64,000 nt of DNA from Nitrospirota bacterium (GTDB lineage Bacteria; Nitrospirota; UBA9217). The stretch covers positions 6,615 to 70,614 of the forward strand of contig JAKAHZ010000003.1 in NCBI GenBank assembly GCA_021814615.1. The letters run 5' to 3'. Every line of letters starts with the position of its first letter. Position 1 is the first letter of the stretch. The notes below the pieces were generated by a model that saw only the letters and a list, made by a program, of their open reading frames with translations, did no database searches and had not been told where the DNA came from. Below, piece by piece: positions 8,901-16,634 of the stretch. The position numbers were made by a program, and so were the translations under genes.

Positions 8901-10652
8901 TATAATGGACAGGCGACGACGGTTGCAACGGGTGCTACGAAAACTCCGGGGACTGCCGGATACAATTGTTCCAATGTGTACTGCCATAGCATCGGCAACC
9001 TTTCGGGCACCGGCGGAACGATTATTGCTGCCGGCGGCGCGAGCTTCCGGACGCCGACATGGACTGCCGTCGGTGCTCTGGATTGCGATAATTGCCACGG
9101 CAACCAGGCGGGCAAAGCCTATCCGACGTATGCCAGCGGCGCTCCGGGCAGCGGCACGGAGAACAGCCACGTGACCCACGTGGAAGGTTCCGGCTACACC
9201 TGTAACTTCTGCCACGTCGCCACCACGATCTCGACGACGATCACGGCAGGAACGATGACCCTGATCCCCGGCGGCAGGCACCTGAACCGCACCGAGGATG
9301 TGGTGTTCGCCACCTACCAGTCCAAGTCGGGCGTGTACAACCCCGGCGCGAAGACCTGTTCGGCCACCTACTGCCACGGCGGCGGGACGCCGACGTGGGG
9401 CGCCAACGGGACGGTCACCTGCGGCAGCTGCCATCTGAACACCACGGGCGGCGACGTGAACGACTATACGTACAACAACGGCTCCCTGGCCCTGATCAGC
9501 CAGGCGGAATGGACCACGTCGGGCCACGGCCGCTCGGCAGCCTCGGGCAGCTATACGCAGACGCTCAACGGACCTGCCAACTTCCCGACCATGGCGGGCA
9601 CGGGCGACCCCTGCCAGTACTGCCATACGACCGGTGTGACCCACGGTAACGCGACCAACATCTTCCGTTTGCGGAGCTTCACCAGCGGCTCCGTGCTCGG
9701 CATGAACCAGGTCTGCTTGAACTGTCATGAGACCGGGGCCACCGGCGTGAATCCCTTCAGCGGCACGAGCCAGACGGTAAACGGCGTAAGCAAGGTGGAC
9801 AAGTGGCACTACGGGACGCAGCACTCCGCCGCGCTGAACGGCGGCCAGTTCTGCTGGGATTGCCATGAACCGCACGGCGACATGGGCATCGGCGCCCTGG
9901 GCCCGATCGCGATGATCCAGTCGCGGCCCGTCATGTCGTCCGACGCGACGACCGGCAAGCCGATGACCATCGTGTCCACGACGGTCACCTTCACGAGCCG
10001 GAGCGCTGGCTCCAGCTACGGCACGGCGACGGCGCCCTACGACAGGATCTGCAACGTCTGCCATACCTACAACCCGACGAACCCGAGCAAGATGGTCCAC
10101 TACACGACCACGACTTCGGATAACCACAACTCGGGCACGGTCTGCACGAGCTGCCATAAGCACAGCGGCAACACGACCAATGACGGCGATGCCTTCAAGG
10201 GCGGCGCCTGCAACGGCTGCCACGGCTATCCTCCGATGGCCGGCGACGGCAACGCCTATATGATGGTGAACGGCGTGTCCGTGACGGTCTTCGAAGGCAA
10301 GGGCGGCTGGTCGGCGGCAACGGGCAGCGGCGGCCATAAGGCTCATATCGACCACCTCATCAGCCTGACGGGGTTAACGTTGAACCCGAGTACGGACAGC
10401 TTCACGGGTCCGAACGTGGCGGTGCTTTGCGGTACCTGCCACGACATGACGGTGGGCAACCACAGCACCGACGGCAACGGCACCCGGAATATCAACTTCA
10501 ATTCCGGTCTGACGTATTCCTTCGGGACGGCTGTCCAGAAGTACAACGGCATCCCGGGTGTGTCCTCGACGGTTGCGCCGAAGACCTGCTCGAACGTGAG
10601 CTGCCACTATAAAGAATCGCCGCGGTGGCAGGATCCGGCGATCACGAACTAG
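5907..10652 (+). CDS. Giant secreted multihaem cytochrome c (1581 aa) with Geobacter-type CxxxxCH...CXXCH repeat modules
   Basis: ATG 5907 follows GGAAGGAG (5891-5898), then signal peptide MKRSTKFMISGLIALIGMLIAAQGAYA. Hand count gives 27 CXXCH and 8 CX4CH (CTTVYCH, CSSVYCH, CTNLYCH x2, CGTTYCH, CSNVYCH, CSATYCH, CSNVSCH). CHGNPP and CHGYPP motifs near both ends. Confidence 0.9.
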   Translation: MKRSTKFMISGLIALIGMLIAAQGAYAVLDPPHNGYDTRFYTVACSRCHYDTTTSSTPSWMTAPTDTDHTLLNNLCTDCHSVSKLSGVKYDDINTHSSGNTSNTYGDWSIECRVCHNPHAQVQTTGATANADPTDNVVSGLVSAVASSVGFTTSAITVSGVSLTLDYTNYALIPNTLYPTRIYRIASNTTGQITVYGLINRNYAGAGKTFAIRYGKLVNDTITTPNYGGVFPVKFYAPVGPNSFGTSTNPANVTGVCQVCHTQTQSFNRTGTVGAIQEGVGHPGNVAGVQNCTECHTHKSGFKGGGCTSCHGNPPVDQTTLVYGSANGNNPALQTGSQTAGAHQTHVSSLAYGCTTCHTGGMPVSAIDTSKQLQMGFSGGGMYYGRPTLSNGYTYQAGNVTTVISTTGPAMSCTTVYCHSNVQNPATGSGGPSSYGNPQWSGAVVCGDCHKAGTAMDTGSHAQHVGTAGYSMPCSNCHLNAGDGTPIHVNNVINVNFDAAVAGSGAYNGSNSSPNNHAPGQGYGNCSSVYCHGNFTGGAAATPTWGNAATGDCGTCHGASSATPPTGGSHGLHAGGNYAFGCQLCHYSVITTGTTIANKTLHADHSTNWQFSTADPRTNGAQYNGATSGANASVGTNYGGCTNLYCHSQGQSTTASADAPNSPPTWGVALPSDCTGCHDADKNAASKMHTGSHTAHVSSSNHTCNLCHSTTVATASMSISTAANHANRKVNIAFTSLNTGGLVGGLTSTAKDPGTAPVSCTNLYCHGGGSPTWSTGNGSLSCGSCHKASSTLAGKHSIHYGVTTTATNAEKTAANNSTTTAYVFTCGVCHDSTQTTHAGGAVSTWQAAEVKFDATVAGGGNPYTGRTVTAGVDSNFNWTGGQPGTCGTTYCHSAGTASSAPYSPPFYTSFTWTGPTFDCGSCHGGAPGASSVIASNVHGGHINDTANRVGRNVSCTECHNATASSTTVVGTKSNHVNHLVNIKFNNAGGINLDSDAPAYNGQATTVATGATKTPGTAGYNCSNVYCHSIGNLSGTGGTIIAAGGASFRTPTWTAVGALDCDNCHGNQAGKAYPTYASGAPGSGTENSHVTHVEGSGYTCNFCHVATTISTTITAGTMTLIPGGRHLNRTEDVVFATYQSKSGVYNPGAKTCSATYCHGGGTPTWGANGTVTCGSCHLNTTGGDVNDYTYNNGSLALISQAEWTTSGHGRSAASGSYTQTLNGPANFPTMAGTGDPCQYCHTTGVTHGNATNIFRLRSFTSGSVLGMNQVCLNCHETGATGVNPFSGTSQTVNGVSKVDKWHYGTQHSAALNGGQFCWDCHEPHGDMGIGALGPIAMIQSRPVMSSDATTGKPMTIVSTTVTFTSRSAGSSYGTATAPYDRICNVCHTYNPTNPSKMVHYTTTTSDNHNSGTVCTSCHKHSGNTTNDGDAFKGGACNGCHGYPPMAGDGNAYMMVNGVSVTVFEGKGGWSAATGSGGHKAHIDHLISLTGLTLNPSTDSFTGPNVAVLCGTCHDMTVGNHSTDGNGTRNINFNSGLTYSFGTAVQKYNGIPGVSSTVAPKTCSNVSCHYKESPRWQDPAITN

Positions 10653-10685
10653 ATCTCCGGAAAACGCAAGCAGCCTGAACGATCA

Positions 10686-10719
10686 CGGCACGAGGGTTCG
10701 ACCCTCGTGCCGTTTTTTT
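10686..10719 (+). terminator. Rho-independent terminator of the cytochrome operon
   Basis: CGGCACGAGGG-TTCG-ACCCTCGTGCCG perfect stem followed by TTTTTTT, 34 nt after the stop codon. Confidence 0.8.
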
Positions 10720-10765
10720 ATCTGCACTTGGAAGGGGACTTTTTATTCGTCGGTGCGTTTCCCTG

Positions 10766-11017
10766 GTGGTACAATCTCTTCAGCGACCACAAATTCAGGA
10801 GACACCGTGTGAAGAAAGGACCGTTGAGCTCTTCGACCGAAGGGGGACCATGTTCGAAATCGCCACGGACAACGGCGAGGTTCGGTTGTTGGTCGTGTCC
10901 GGGAAACCTCTCAACGAACCGGTTGCATGGTGCGGGCCGATCGTGATGAATACCGAAGAAGAGCTCAGAACCGCTTTCGAGGAATACCGGAATGGCACGT
11001 TCATCAAGAACCGCTGA
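10766..11017 (+). pseudogene. Pirin family C-terminal remnant (about the last 55-70 codons only)
   Basis: RLLVVSGKPLNEPVAWCGPIVMNTEEELRTAFEEYRNGTF matches the conserved pirin C-terminus (GePlnEPv..yGPFVMNt.eEi.qA..Dy..G.f). There is no room upstream for the ~230 missing N-terminal codons. Confidence 0.6.
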
Positions 11018-11444
11018 TTCGTTCACGGCCCTGGCGCTTGTCCTTTTCCTCTTCCCGCCGTATGCACTGGCTGCCGGGAAACCGGTCATCAAAGCGGATT
11101 GTCAGATCAGCGAACATCCCTGCACAAAGACCACCGACGGGTTGACTGCGACGCTCGAGATCACGCCGAGACCGGTCAGGGACATGCGGGAGCTGGTGTT
11201 CACGGTTTTTCTGTCCCAGGGCAGCAAAGCGGTTACCGATGCGAAAGTCGCTGTGGACCTGACCATGCCGGATATGATCATGGGACAGAACCTCGTGCGG
11301 ATGGCGCACAAAATGCAAGGCATTTATGCGGGGAAGGGAGTGATCGTGCGATGCCCCAGCGGCAAAAAGCTCTGGAGGGCCGAGGTCCGGGCGCACCGCG
11401 GGAAGAAAACGATCGTCGTGCCGTTTCTGTTCGAGGTCCGATAA
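10992..11444 (+). CDS. Secreted YtkA/FixH-like domain protein (metal-ATPase associated)
   Basis: Signal peptide. The block VAVDLTMPDMIMGQNLVRMAHKMQGIYAGKG resembles the MPxMxMG motif of YtkA/FixH-like domains. Sits upstream of the P1B ATPase. Confidence 0.6.
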   Translation: MARSSRTADSFTALALVLFLFPPYALAAGKPVIKADCQISEHPCTKTTDGLTATLEITPRPVRDMRELVFTVFLSQGSKAVTDAKVAVDLTMPDMIMGQNLVRMAHKMQGIYAGKGVIVRCPSGKKLWRAEVRAHRGKKTIVVPFLFEVR

Positions 11445-11460
11445 CGGCGTTGGAGTCTGC

Positions 11461-12132
11461 ATGGAGACAGGGTACGTTTTTGCTTTCACCACCGGCCTTG
11501 CCGGCGGGTTCGGCCACTGCATCGGCATGTGCGGGCCGCTCGCGGCGTCTTTTTCCGTTCAGGGGAAACGCTCGCCCCCTTCTGTCGTGATCGGCAGGCA
11601 GCTCCTGTATCATGCGGGCCGCGTAACCACCTATGCCCTGATCGGCGCTGTCATGGGATACGCCGGCTCCTTCGTGAATGTCGCGGGAAGTCTCATGGGC
11701 GTCCAGAACAGCGTCATGATCCTTGCTGGGGTGCTGATGGTCGCCATGGGACTCGGCATCGCCGGCCTGATCGGCGGCACGGCCTGGATCGAGCGTCACA
11801 ACGCAGGCGTGCTCGGGGCGGCAAGACGCGTGATAGCGCATCCCTCCGGCCTGCGCAACTTTCCTCTCGGACTGTTGATGGGCCTGCTGCCCTGCGGTTT
11901 GTCCTATACATCCTTCATCGCTGCTGCCGGGACAGGCTCTCCGGTTTCCGGCATGATGTTGATGCTCGCCTTCGGCTGCGGCACCGTGCCCGCGCTCGCG
12001 GCCTTCGGCGCTGCTGCGGGGTATGTCGGATCTCGGCTGCGGGGCAGGGTTCAGCAGGCGGGAGGCCTGCTCGTCCTTGCCATGGGTTTGTACTACATCG
12101 TGAAGGGAATCAGGCTGTATGCCGAAATGTGA
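11461..12132 (+). CDS. Polytopic membrane protein, DsbD_2 / TauE-SafE-like (HCxGMCGP motif)
   Basis: GGFGHCIGMCGPL near the N-terminus and about six TM helices. Overlaps the ATPase start by 14 nt. Confidence 0.75.
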   Translation: METGYVFAFTTGLAGGFGHCIGMCGPLAASFSVQGKRSPPSVVIGRQLLYHAGRVTTYALIGAVMGYAGSFVNVAGSLMGVQNSVMILAGVLMVAMGLGIAGLIGGTAWIERHNAGVLGAARRVIAHPSGLRNFPLGLLMGLLPCGLSYTSFIAAAGTGSPVSGMMLMLAFGCGTVPALAAFGAAAGYVGSRLRGRVQQAGGLLVLAMGLYYIVKGIRLYAEM

Positions 12133-14665
12133 CCACTGCCTGATCGAATTTCCCGAGCGCGATGCGGTGCATGACGAGATCAGGGGCGAGGCGCGGGTTT
12201 TCTGCTGCCATGGGTGCCAGGGCGTCTATCGGCTCATCCACGATGAAGGGCTCGATGATTTCTACCGCAAGCGCGCAGGCTGGCTGCCGGGACCGGTCTT
12301 GGAACAGACGATCGATCTCGCGGCATTCACCGGCAGCGTCCGGACCGTGGAAAAGGAACTTTGCGAGACGGATATCATGCTCGATGGCATTCGTTGCGCA
12401 TCCTGCGTCTGGCTGAACGAAAAGGTCCTGGAACGTACGCCGGGCATTTTCTATGCCCGCGTCAACTATGCAACCCACCGCGCCCGCATCCGCTGGGATC
12501 CTGCGACCACGGGTCTGGCTGCAGTTCTCGGACGCATCACTTCCATCGGATACACACCCAAACCCTTTTCAGAACGCGCATACGAGGAGGAGCAGCGGAA
12601 GCTCAGCCGTGACCTCCTGATCCGATTCGGCACCGCCGCTTTTTTCTCCATGCAGCTCATGCTTTTCTCCGCGGCGCTTTATGCCGGCTACTTCCAGGGC
12701 ATCGATCCGGCCCTCAGGAGCCAGTTCCAGTGGATCTCGCTGGCCATGACCACGCCGGTGCTCTTCTATTCCGGTTGGCCGTTCTTCGCCTCGGCTCTGC
12801 GGGGACTGCGCCACGGCGCTTTCACCATGGACGTGCTGATCGTGGCCGGGGCAGGGTCCGCCTACATCTACAGCATGTTCCAGATGGCTGCCGGCGGCGA
12901 GGTCTATTTCGATACGTCGGCCATGATCGTCACCCTCATCCTCCTGGGCCGATATATCGAATCAGGAGCGAAGCGCAAGGCATCGGAGTCGTTGACGCGT
13001 CTGTTGTCGCTCTCGCCGCCCGGGGCAAGGCTGCTCGAGGCGGGTCCGGACGGCAGCATCGCTGCCGCGCATCGGCGTATGACGACGATCGGATCGGTCA
13101 AGCCCGGCGACCTGGTCGAGATCCTTCCCGGAGAGCAGGTGCCGCTTGACGGCATTGTTGCCGACGGCGCATCGGAAGTGGACGAGTCGATGCTGACGGG
13201 AGAATCGCTGCCGGTGCAAAAGACGCCGGGGGCGGAGGTCTTCGGCGGCACGAGAAACCTCATGGGCAGGATTGTGTTCGAAGTGACGAGGACGGGAGAC
13301 GAGACCGTTCTCTCCCGTATCGTTCGAGCGGTCGAGGATGCCCAGGCGCGTCGCGCGCCGGTCCAGGCGGCAGCGGACCGGTTCGTCGGATTGTTTGTCC
13401 CGCTTCTGATCCTGTCCGCTGTCGCCACGGCCGGTTTCTGGCTCTTCCGGGGGAGCGGGTTGTCGGCTGCCGTGATGCATGCCGTCTCGGTGCTCGTCAT
13501 TGCATGCCCCTGCGCCCTGGGCCTGGCAACGCCGCTCGCAATCCTTGTCGGCACCACCTACGGCGTAAGCCGCGGGATCCTGATCAAAGGCGGCGATGTG
13601 ATTGAACGGGCGAAGGATATCGACACGGTTGTCTTCGACAAGACCGGCACGATCACCGAAGGAAGGCCGCTGCTCGTGTATGCTCGCGGGATCGGGATCG
13701 ATGACGCGCGGGCGATACGCCTTGCCGCGTCGCTGGAACGATATTCGGAGCATACCATCGGCAAGGCGATTGTCGAAGGGGCAAAGAGTGAAGAACTCTT
13801 TGCGGTGCAGGATTTCAGCGCAGCGCCGGGAGCGGGCGTTCGGGGAATCGTCGAGGGGAGCATGGTAAAAGTAGGGACGAGGGAATTCGTAAAGATTGGA
13901 CGGGGAGAGGAATACGGACAAGGGGACAAAGAGACCCGGCGCCAAGGGGAAAAAGACAGACGCGGAGACACGGAGACGCGGGAATACCGAGTGCAAGACG
14001 GACAAGGCGACAATGCGACCAAGGGACAAGGCGAGAAGGGTCAAGAACTAGAAGGCCTCAGGGAAGGGGAACGGGCCGGAACGACGGTTGTCTATCTGTC
14101 GATGGACGGGATGCTTGCCGGCGTTTTCGGCATCTCCGATCCTGCAAGGCAGGATGCATCGGGAGTCGTGAAAACGCTGGAATCCACCGGGATGCATATC
14201 GCGATGATCACGGGCGATGCGCAGGGAACGGCGGAAGCGGTGGCCGAAAGGGTCGGCATAACTTCGGTTATGGGCAGGCGGACACCGGTGGAGAAGGCGG
14301 AAGAACTTCAGGCGCTTCGTTCCCGAGGCAGGCATACGATCATGGTTGGCGACGGGATCAATGATGCGCCTGCGCTGATCGAAGCCGACGTGGGCATTGC
14401 CGTCGGCAAGGCGACGGATATTGCCCTTGAGAGCGCCGACATCGTTTTGCTCAGAAACGACTTGCGCCTCGTGCCGCTCAGCATTGCCCTGGCAAAGAAG
14501 ACCTATGCGGTGATCCGGCAGAACCTCTTCTGGGCATTTTTCTATAACATTGTCGCTATCCCGCTGGCCGTGACGGGCGTTCTCCATCCCATTGTGGCGG
14601 CCGGCGCCATGGCACTGAGTTCGCTCAGCGTGGTAGGCAATTCACTCCGGGCGAGGGTGAAGTAA
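12119..14665 (+). CDS. Heavy-metal (Cu-type) P1B ATPase, FixI/CcoI-like, with a low-complexity insertion
   Basis: N-terminal CDHC...CCHGCQGVYRL metal-binding domain, TGES, CPC (IACPCALGLATP), DKTGTITEG, MITGDAQGTA, GDGINDAPAL. Confidence 0.9.
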   Translation: MPKCDHCLIEFPERDAVHDEIRGEARVFCCHGCQGVYRLIHDEGLDDFYRKRAGWLPGPVLEQTIDLAAFTGSVRTVEKELCETDIMLDGIRCASCVWLNEKVLERTPGIFYARVNYATHRARIRWDPATTGLAAVLGRITSIGYTPKPFSERAYEEEQRKLSRDLLIRFGTAAFFSMQLMLFSAALYAGYFQGIDPALRSQFQWISLAMTTPVLFYSGWPFFASALRGLRHGAFTMDVLIVAGAGSAYIYSMFQMAAGGEVYFDTSAMIVTLILLGRYIESGAKRKASESLTRLLSLSPPGARLLEAGPDGSIAAAHRRMTTIGSVKPGDLVEILPGEQVPLDGIVADGASEVDESMLTGESLPVQKTPGAEVFGGTRNLMGRIVFEVTRTGDETVLSRIVRAVEDAQARRAPVQAAADRFVGLFVPLLILSAVATAGFWLFRGSGLSAAVMHAVSVLVIACPCALGLATPLAILVGTTYGVSRGILIKGGDVIERAKDIDTVVFDKTGTITEGRPLLVYARGIGIDDARAIRLAASLERYSEHTIGKAIVEGAKSEELFAVQDFSAAPGAGVRGIVEGSMVKVGTREFVKIGRGEEYGQGDKETRRQGEKDRRGDTETREYRVQDGQGDNATKGQGEKGQELEGLREGERAGTTVVYLSMDGMLAGVFGISDPARQDASGVVKTLESTGMHIAMITGDAQGTAEAVAERVGITSVMGRRTPVEKAEELQALRSRGRHTIMVGDGINDAPALIEADVGIAVGKATDIALESADIVLLRNDLRLVPLSIALAKKTYAVIRQNLFWAFFYNIVAIPLAVTGVLHPIVAAGAMALSSLSVVGNSLRARVK
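13901..14080. repeat. Intergenic-type word repeat embedded in frame in the ATPase CDS
   Basis: ACGGACAAGGGGACA (13914-13928) is identical to 16224-16238. CAAGGGGAAAAAGACA (13943-13958) matches CAAGGGGAAAAGACA (16245-16259). AGACGCGGAG (13958-13967) matches GACGCGGAG (16272-16280). Translates to GRGEEYGQGDKETRRQGEKDRRGDTETREYRVQDGQGDNATKGQGEKGQELEGLREGERAG. Confidence 0.55.
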
Positions 14666-14746
14666 AGAGAACGGCTTCCCTGAGTGCCTGTTTGCCCGTT
14701 TTTCCGCGCTGTGTTATGATAGACGCGAAATCTTCGGGATGAAAGC

Positions 14747-15478
14747 ATGGATATCGTAGCCGCACACAATCTGGTCAAGGAATACGGCATCATCACCGCC
14801 GTGAACAATGTGAGTTTTTCCATCTCGCCGGGAGAGTGCTTCGGGTTTCTGGGACCGAACGGCGCGGGAAAGACCACGGTGATGCGGATCATTTCCTGTT
14901 TCCTGCCCCCTACCTCCGGCACCGTGACGGTTTTCGGCGTCGACGTGACGAGGGAGCCGAGCGCCATCAAATCCCGCCTGGGCGTTATGCCCCAGGAGGA
15001 CAACCTGGACCCGGACCTGTCGGTGCTCGAGAACCTGATCGTCTACGCTCGGTACTTCGATATCCCGAAGAAGACATCCATCCCCCTTGCCAACGACCTG
15101 CTCGCCTTCGCGGAGCTTCAGGACCGCGGAAAGATGAATATCAAGGAGCTTTCGGGCGGCATGAAACGTCGTCTCATGCTCGCCCGCTCCCTGGTGAACA
15201 CGCCGGAGCTTCTGATCCTGGATGAGCCCACCACGGGCCTGGACCCGCACAGCAGAAGGGCGGTCTGGGACAAACTGAACCAACTCAAGTTCCGTAACAC
15301 CACGCTGCTCCTGACCACGCATTACATGGAAGAAGCGGAACAGCTTTGCGACCGGGTGGCGATCATGGACGCAGGCAGGGTCGTGACGATCGACACGCCG
15401 CAGAACCTGATGACCGAACACGGCGGCAACCTTGAAAATGTGTATTTGAAGCTGACGGGGAGGAACCTTGCGGATTAG
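14747..15478 (+). CDS. ABC transporter ATP-binding protein (ABC-2/DrrA/NodI type)
   Basis: Walker A GPNGAGKT, signature LSGGMKRR, Walker B LLILDEPT. Confidence 0.9.
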   Translation: MDIVAAHNLVKEYGIITAVNNVSFSISPGECFGFLGPNGAGKTTVMRIISCFLPPTSGTVTVFGVDVTREPSAIKSRLGVMPQEDNLDPDLSVLENLIVYARYFDIPKKTSIPLANDLLAFAELQDRGKMNIKELSGGMKRRLMLARSLVNTPELLILDEPTTGLDPHSRRAVWDKLNQLKFRNTTLLLTTHYMEEAEQLCDRVAIMDAGRVVTIDTPQNLMTEHGGNLENVYLKLTGRNLAD

Positions 15479-16223
15479 TCGCGCATGGCGGGTCCTGCAA
15501 CGGCACTGGACCGTCTATACAAAATTGTACAAGTCCAGCTTTGCGCTGAATTTCGTCGAACCAGTGCTCTACCTGGTAGCCATGGGCATGGGCCTCGGCG
15601 TGTTCGTGAAGGATATCAACGGCCAGTCGTACATCAAGTTCATCGGACCGGGCATCATCGCGTCGTCGTCCATGTTCGCGGCGGTCTATGAGTGCACCTA
15701 CGGCACCTATATCCGCATGACCTTTCAGAAGACCTTCGACGCCATCCTGGCGACGCCGGTGAACATCGACGACCTGACCGCAGCGGAGCTCGTCTGGGCG
15801 GCGGTGAAAAGCGTGATCTACGGCCTGACCATCATGATCGTCGTTGCCGCCTTCGGGCTGATCGATTCCTGGCTGGTCATCCTGACGGTTCCCTTCATCT
15901 TTCTTTGCGGGCTCATCTTTGCCGAGGTCTCGATGATCACCACGGCGCTGGTTCCCGGCATCGATTCCTTCAGCTACTTCTATACGCTCTTCATGACGCC
16001 GCTCTTCCTGTTCTCGGGCATCTTCTTTCCCGTGGATACCCTCCCCAAGGCCGTTGCCGGCCTCGCCTGGTTCACGCCCCTCTATCATCTCGTGAACATC
16101 TGTCGCTCCTTTTCCGCGGGTCATGTGACGCCGGTTCTCGGCAGCATCGCCTGGATCACGATAGTCGCGGCAGCGCTTGCGCCGGTGCCGTTCCGGCTGA
16201 TGCGGAGAAGGGTCATTGAGTAG
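15468..16223 (+). CDS. ABC-2 type transporter permease
   Basis: Six-TM ABC-2 architecture, overlaps the ATPase gene end. TTG start is uncertain. Confidence 0.8.
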   Translation: MRISRAWRVLQRHWTVYTKLYKSSFALNFVEPVLYLVAMGMGLGVFVKDINGQSYIKFIGPGIIASSSMFAAVYECTYGTYIRMTFQKTFDAILATPVNIDDLTAAELVWAAVKSVIYGLTIMIVVAAFGLIDSWLVILTVPFIFLCGLIFAEVSMITTALVPGIDSFSYFYTLFMTPLFLFSGIFFPVDTLPKAVAGLAWFTPLYHLVNICRSFSAGHVTPVLGSIAWITIVAAALAPVPFRLMRRRVIE

Positions 16224-16336
16224 ACGGACAAGGGGACAGGCCGACAAGGGGAAAAGACACGAGAACGCAGGGACGCGGAGTAAATAAAACTCAAACGGAG
16301 CAGTTCACTATGTACTTGGTACTTTGTACATTGTAC
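16224..16336. repeat. Word-stutter repeat between convergent genes (GACAAGGGGA words plus GTACTTGGTACTTTGTAC words)
   Basis: ACGGACAAGGGGACAGGCCGACAAGGGGAAAAGACACGAGAACGCAGGGACGCGGAG, then GTACTTGGTACTTTGTACATTGTAC. The second block is the reverse complement type of GGTACCAAGTACCAAGTAC at 58131-58149. Confidence 0.55.
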
Positions 16337-16341
16337 TGCAG

Positions 16342-16587
16342 TTATGATTTATGACACGGCACGCACCGGGCATCGGCTGAGCGTTGATCCCGGTCGAAGG
16401 CCTTGGCTGTCGGTCCGTGGCAGGTGAAACAGTCCTTGTATCCCAGGGCTTCGTGCATGCGCCGCATTTCGGGCTTCTTGCTGTGGCAGACATTGCATTC
16501 CGCGCGAACTACCGTTGGGAAAACGAGCAGTACCAAAAACTGCAGGATCAGGCTCATCGGCTTCATGTGCCATAGTACTCGATTCAT
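16342..16587 (-). CDS. Small periplasmic trihaem cytochrome c (c7-like size)
   Basis: Signal peptide, then CNVCH, CFTCH and CVPCH within about 55 mature residues. The start could be M8 (16566) or M11 (16557). Confidence 0.8.
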   Translation of the reverse strand: MNRVLWHMKPMSLILQFLVLLVFPTVVRAECNVCHSKKPEMRRMHEALGYKDCFTCHGPTAKAFDRDQRSADARCVPCHKS

Positions 16588-16634
16588 TCGCTTGATTCTA
16601 TGATGCCGGTCATAGAAGGACCGGGAGGGAACCT

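Noticed and set aside
6954-10355. Long antisense ORFs inside the giant cytochrome gene (6954-8204 minus, 416 aa; 8823-10355 minus, 510 aa). Similar cases occur elsewhere: 2531-3433(-), 22570-23862(-), 29696-31093(-), 31376-32575(+), 34670-35983(-), 37271-39109(-), 42783-44417(+), 48706-49713(-), 54552-55763(+), 61131-62645(+).
   Set aside because: They have the Arg/Ala/Gly/Pro/His-rich low-complexity composition typical of the antisense strand of GC3-rich genes. The opposite strand carries clearly recognisable conserved proteins. No RBS and no motifs.
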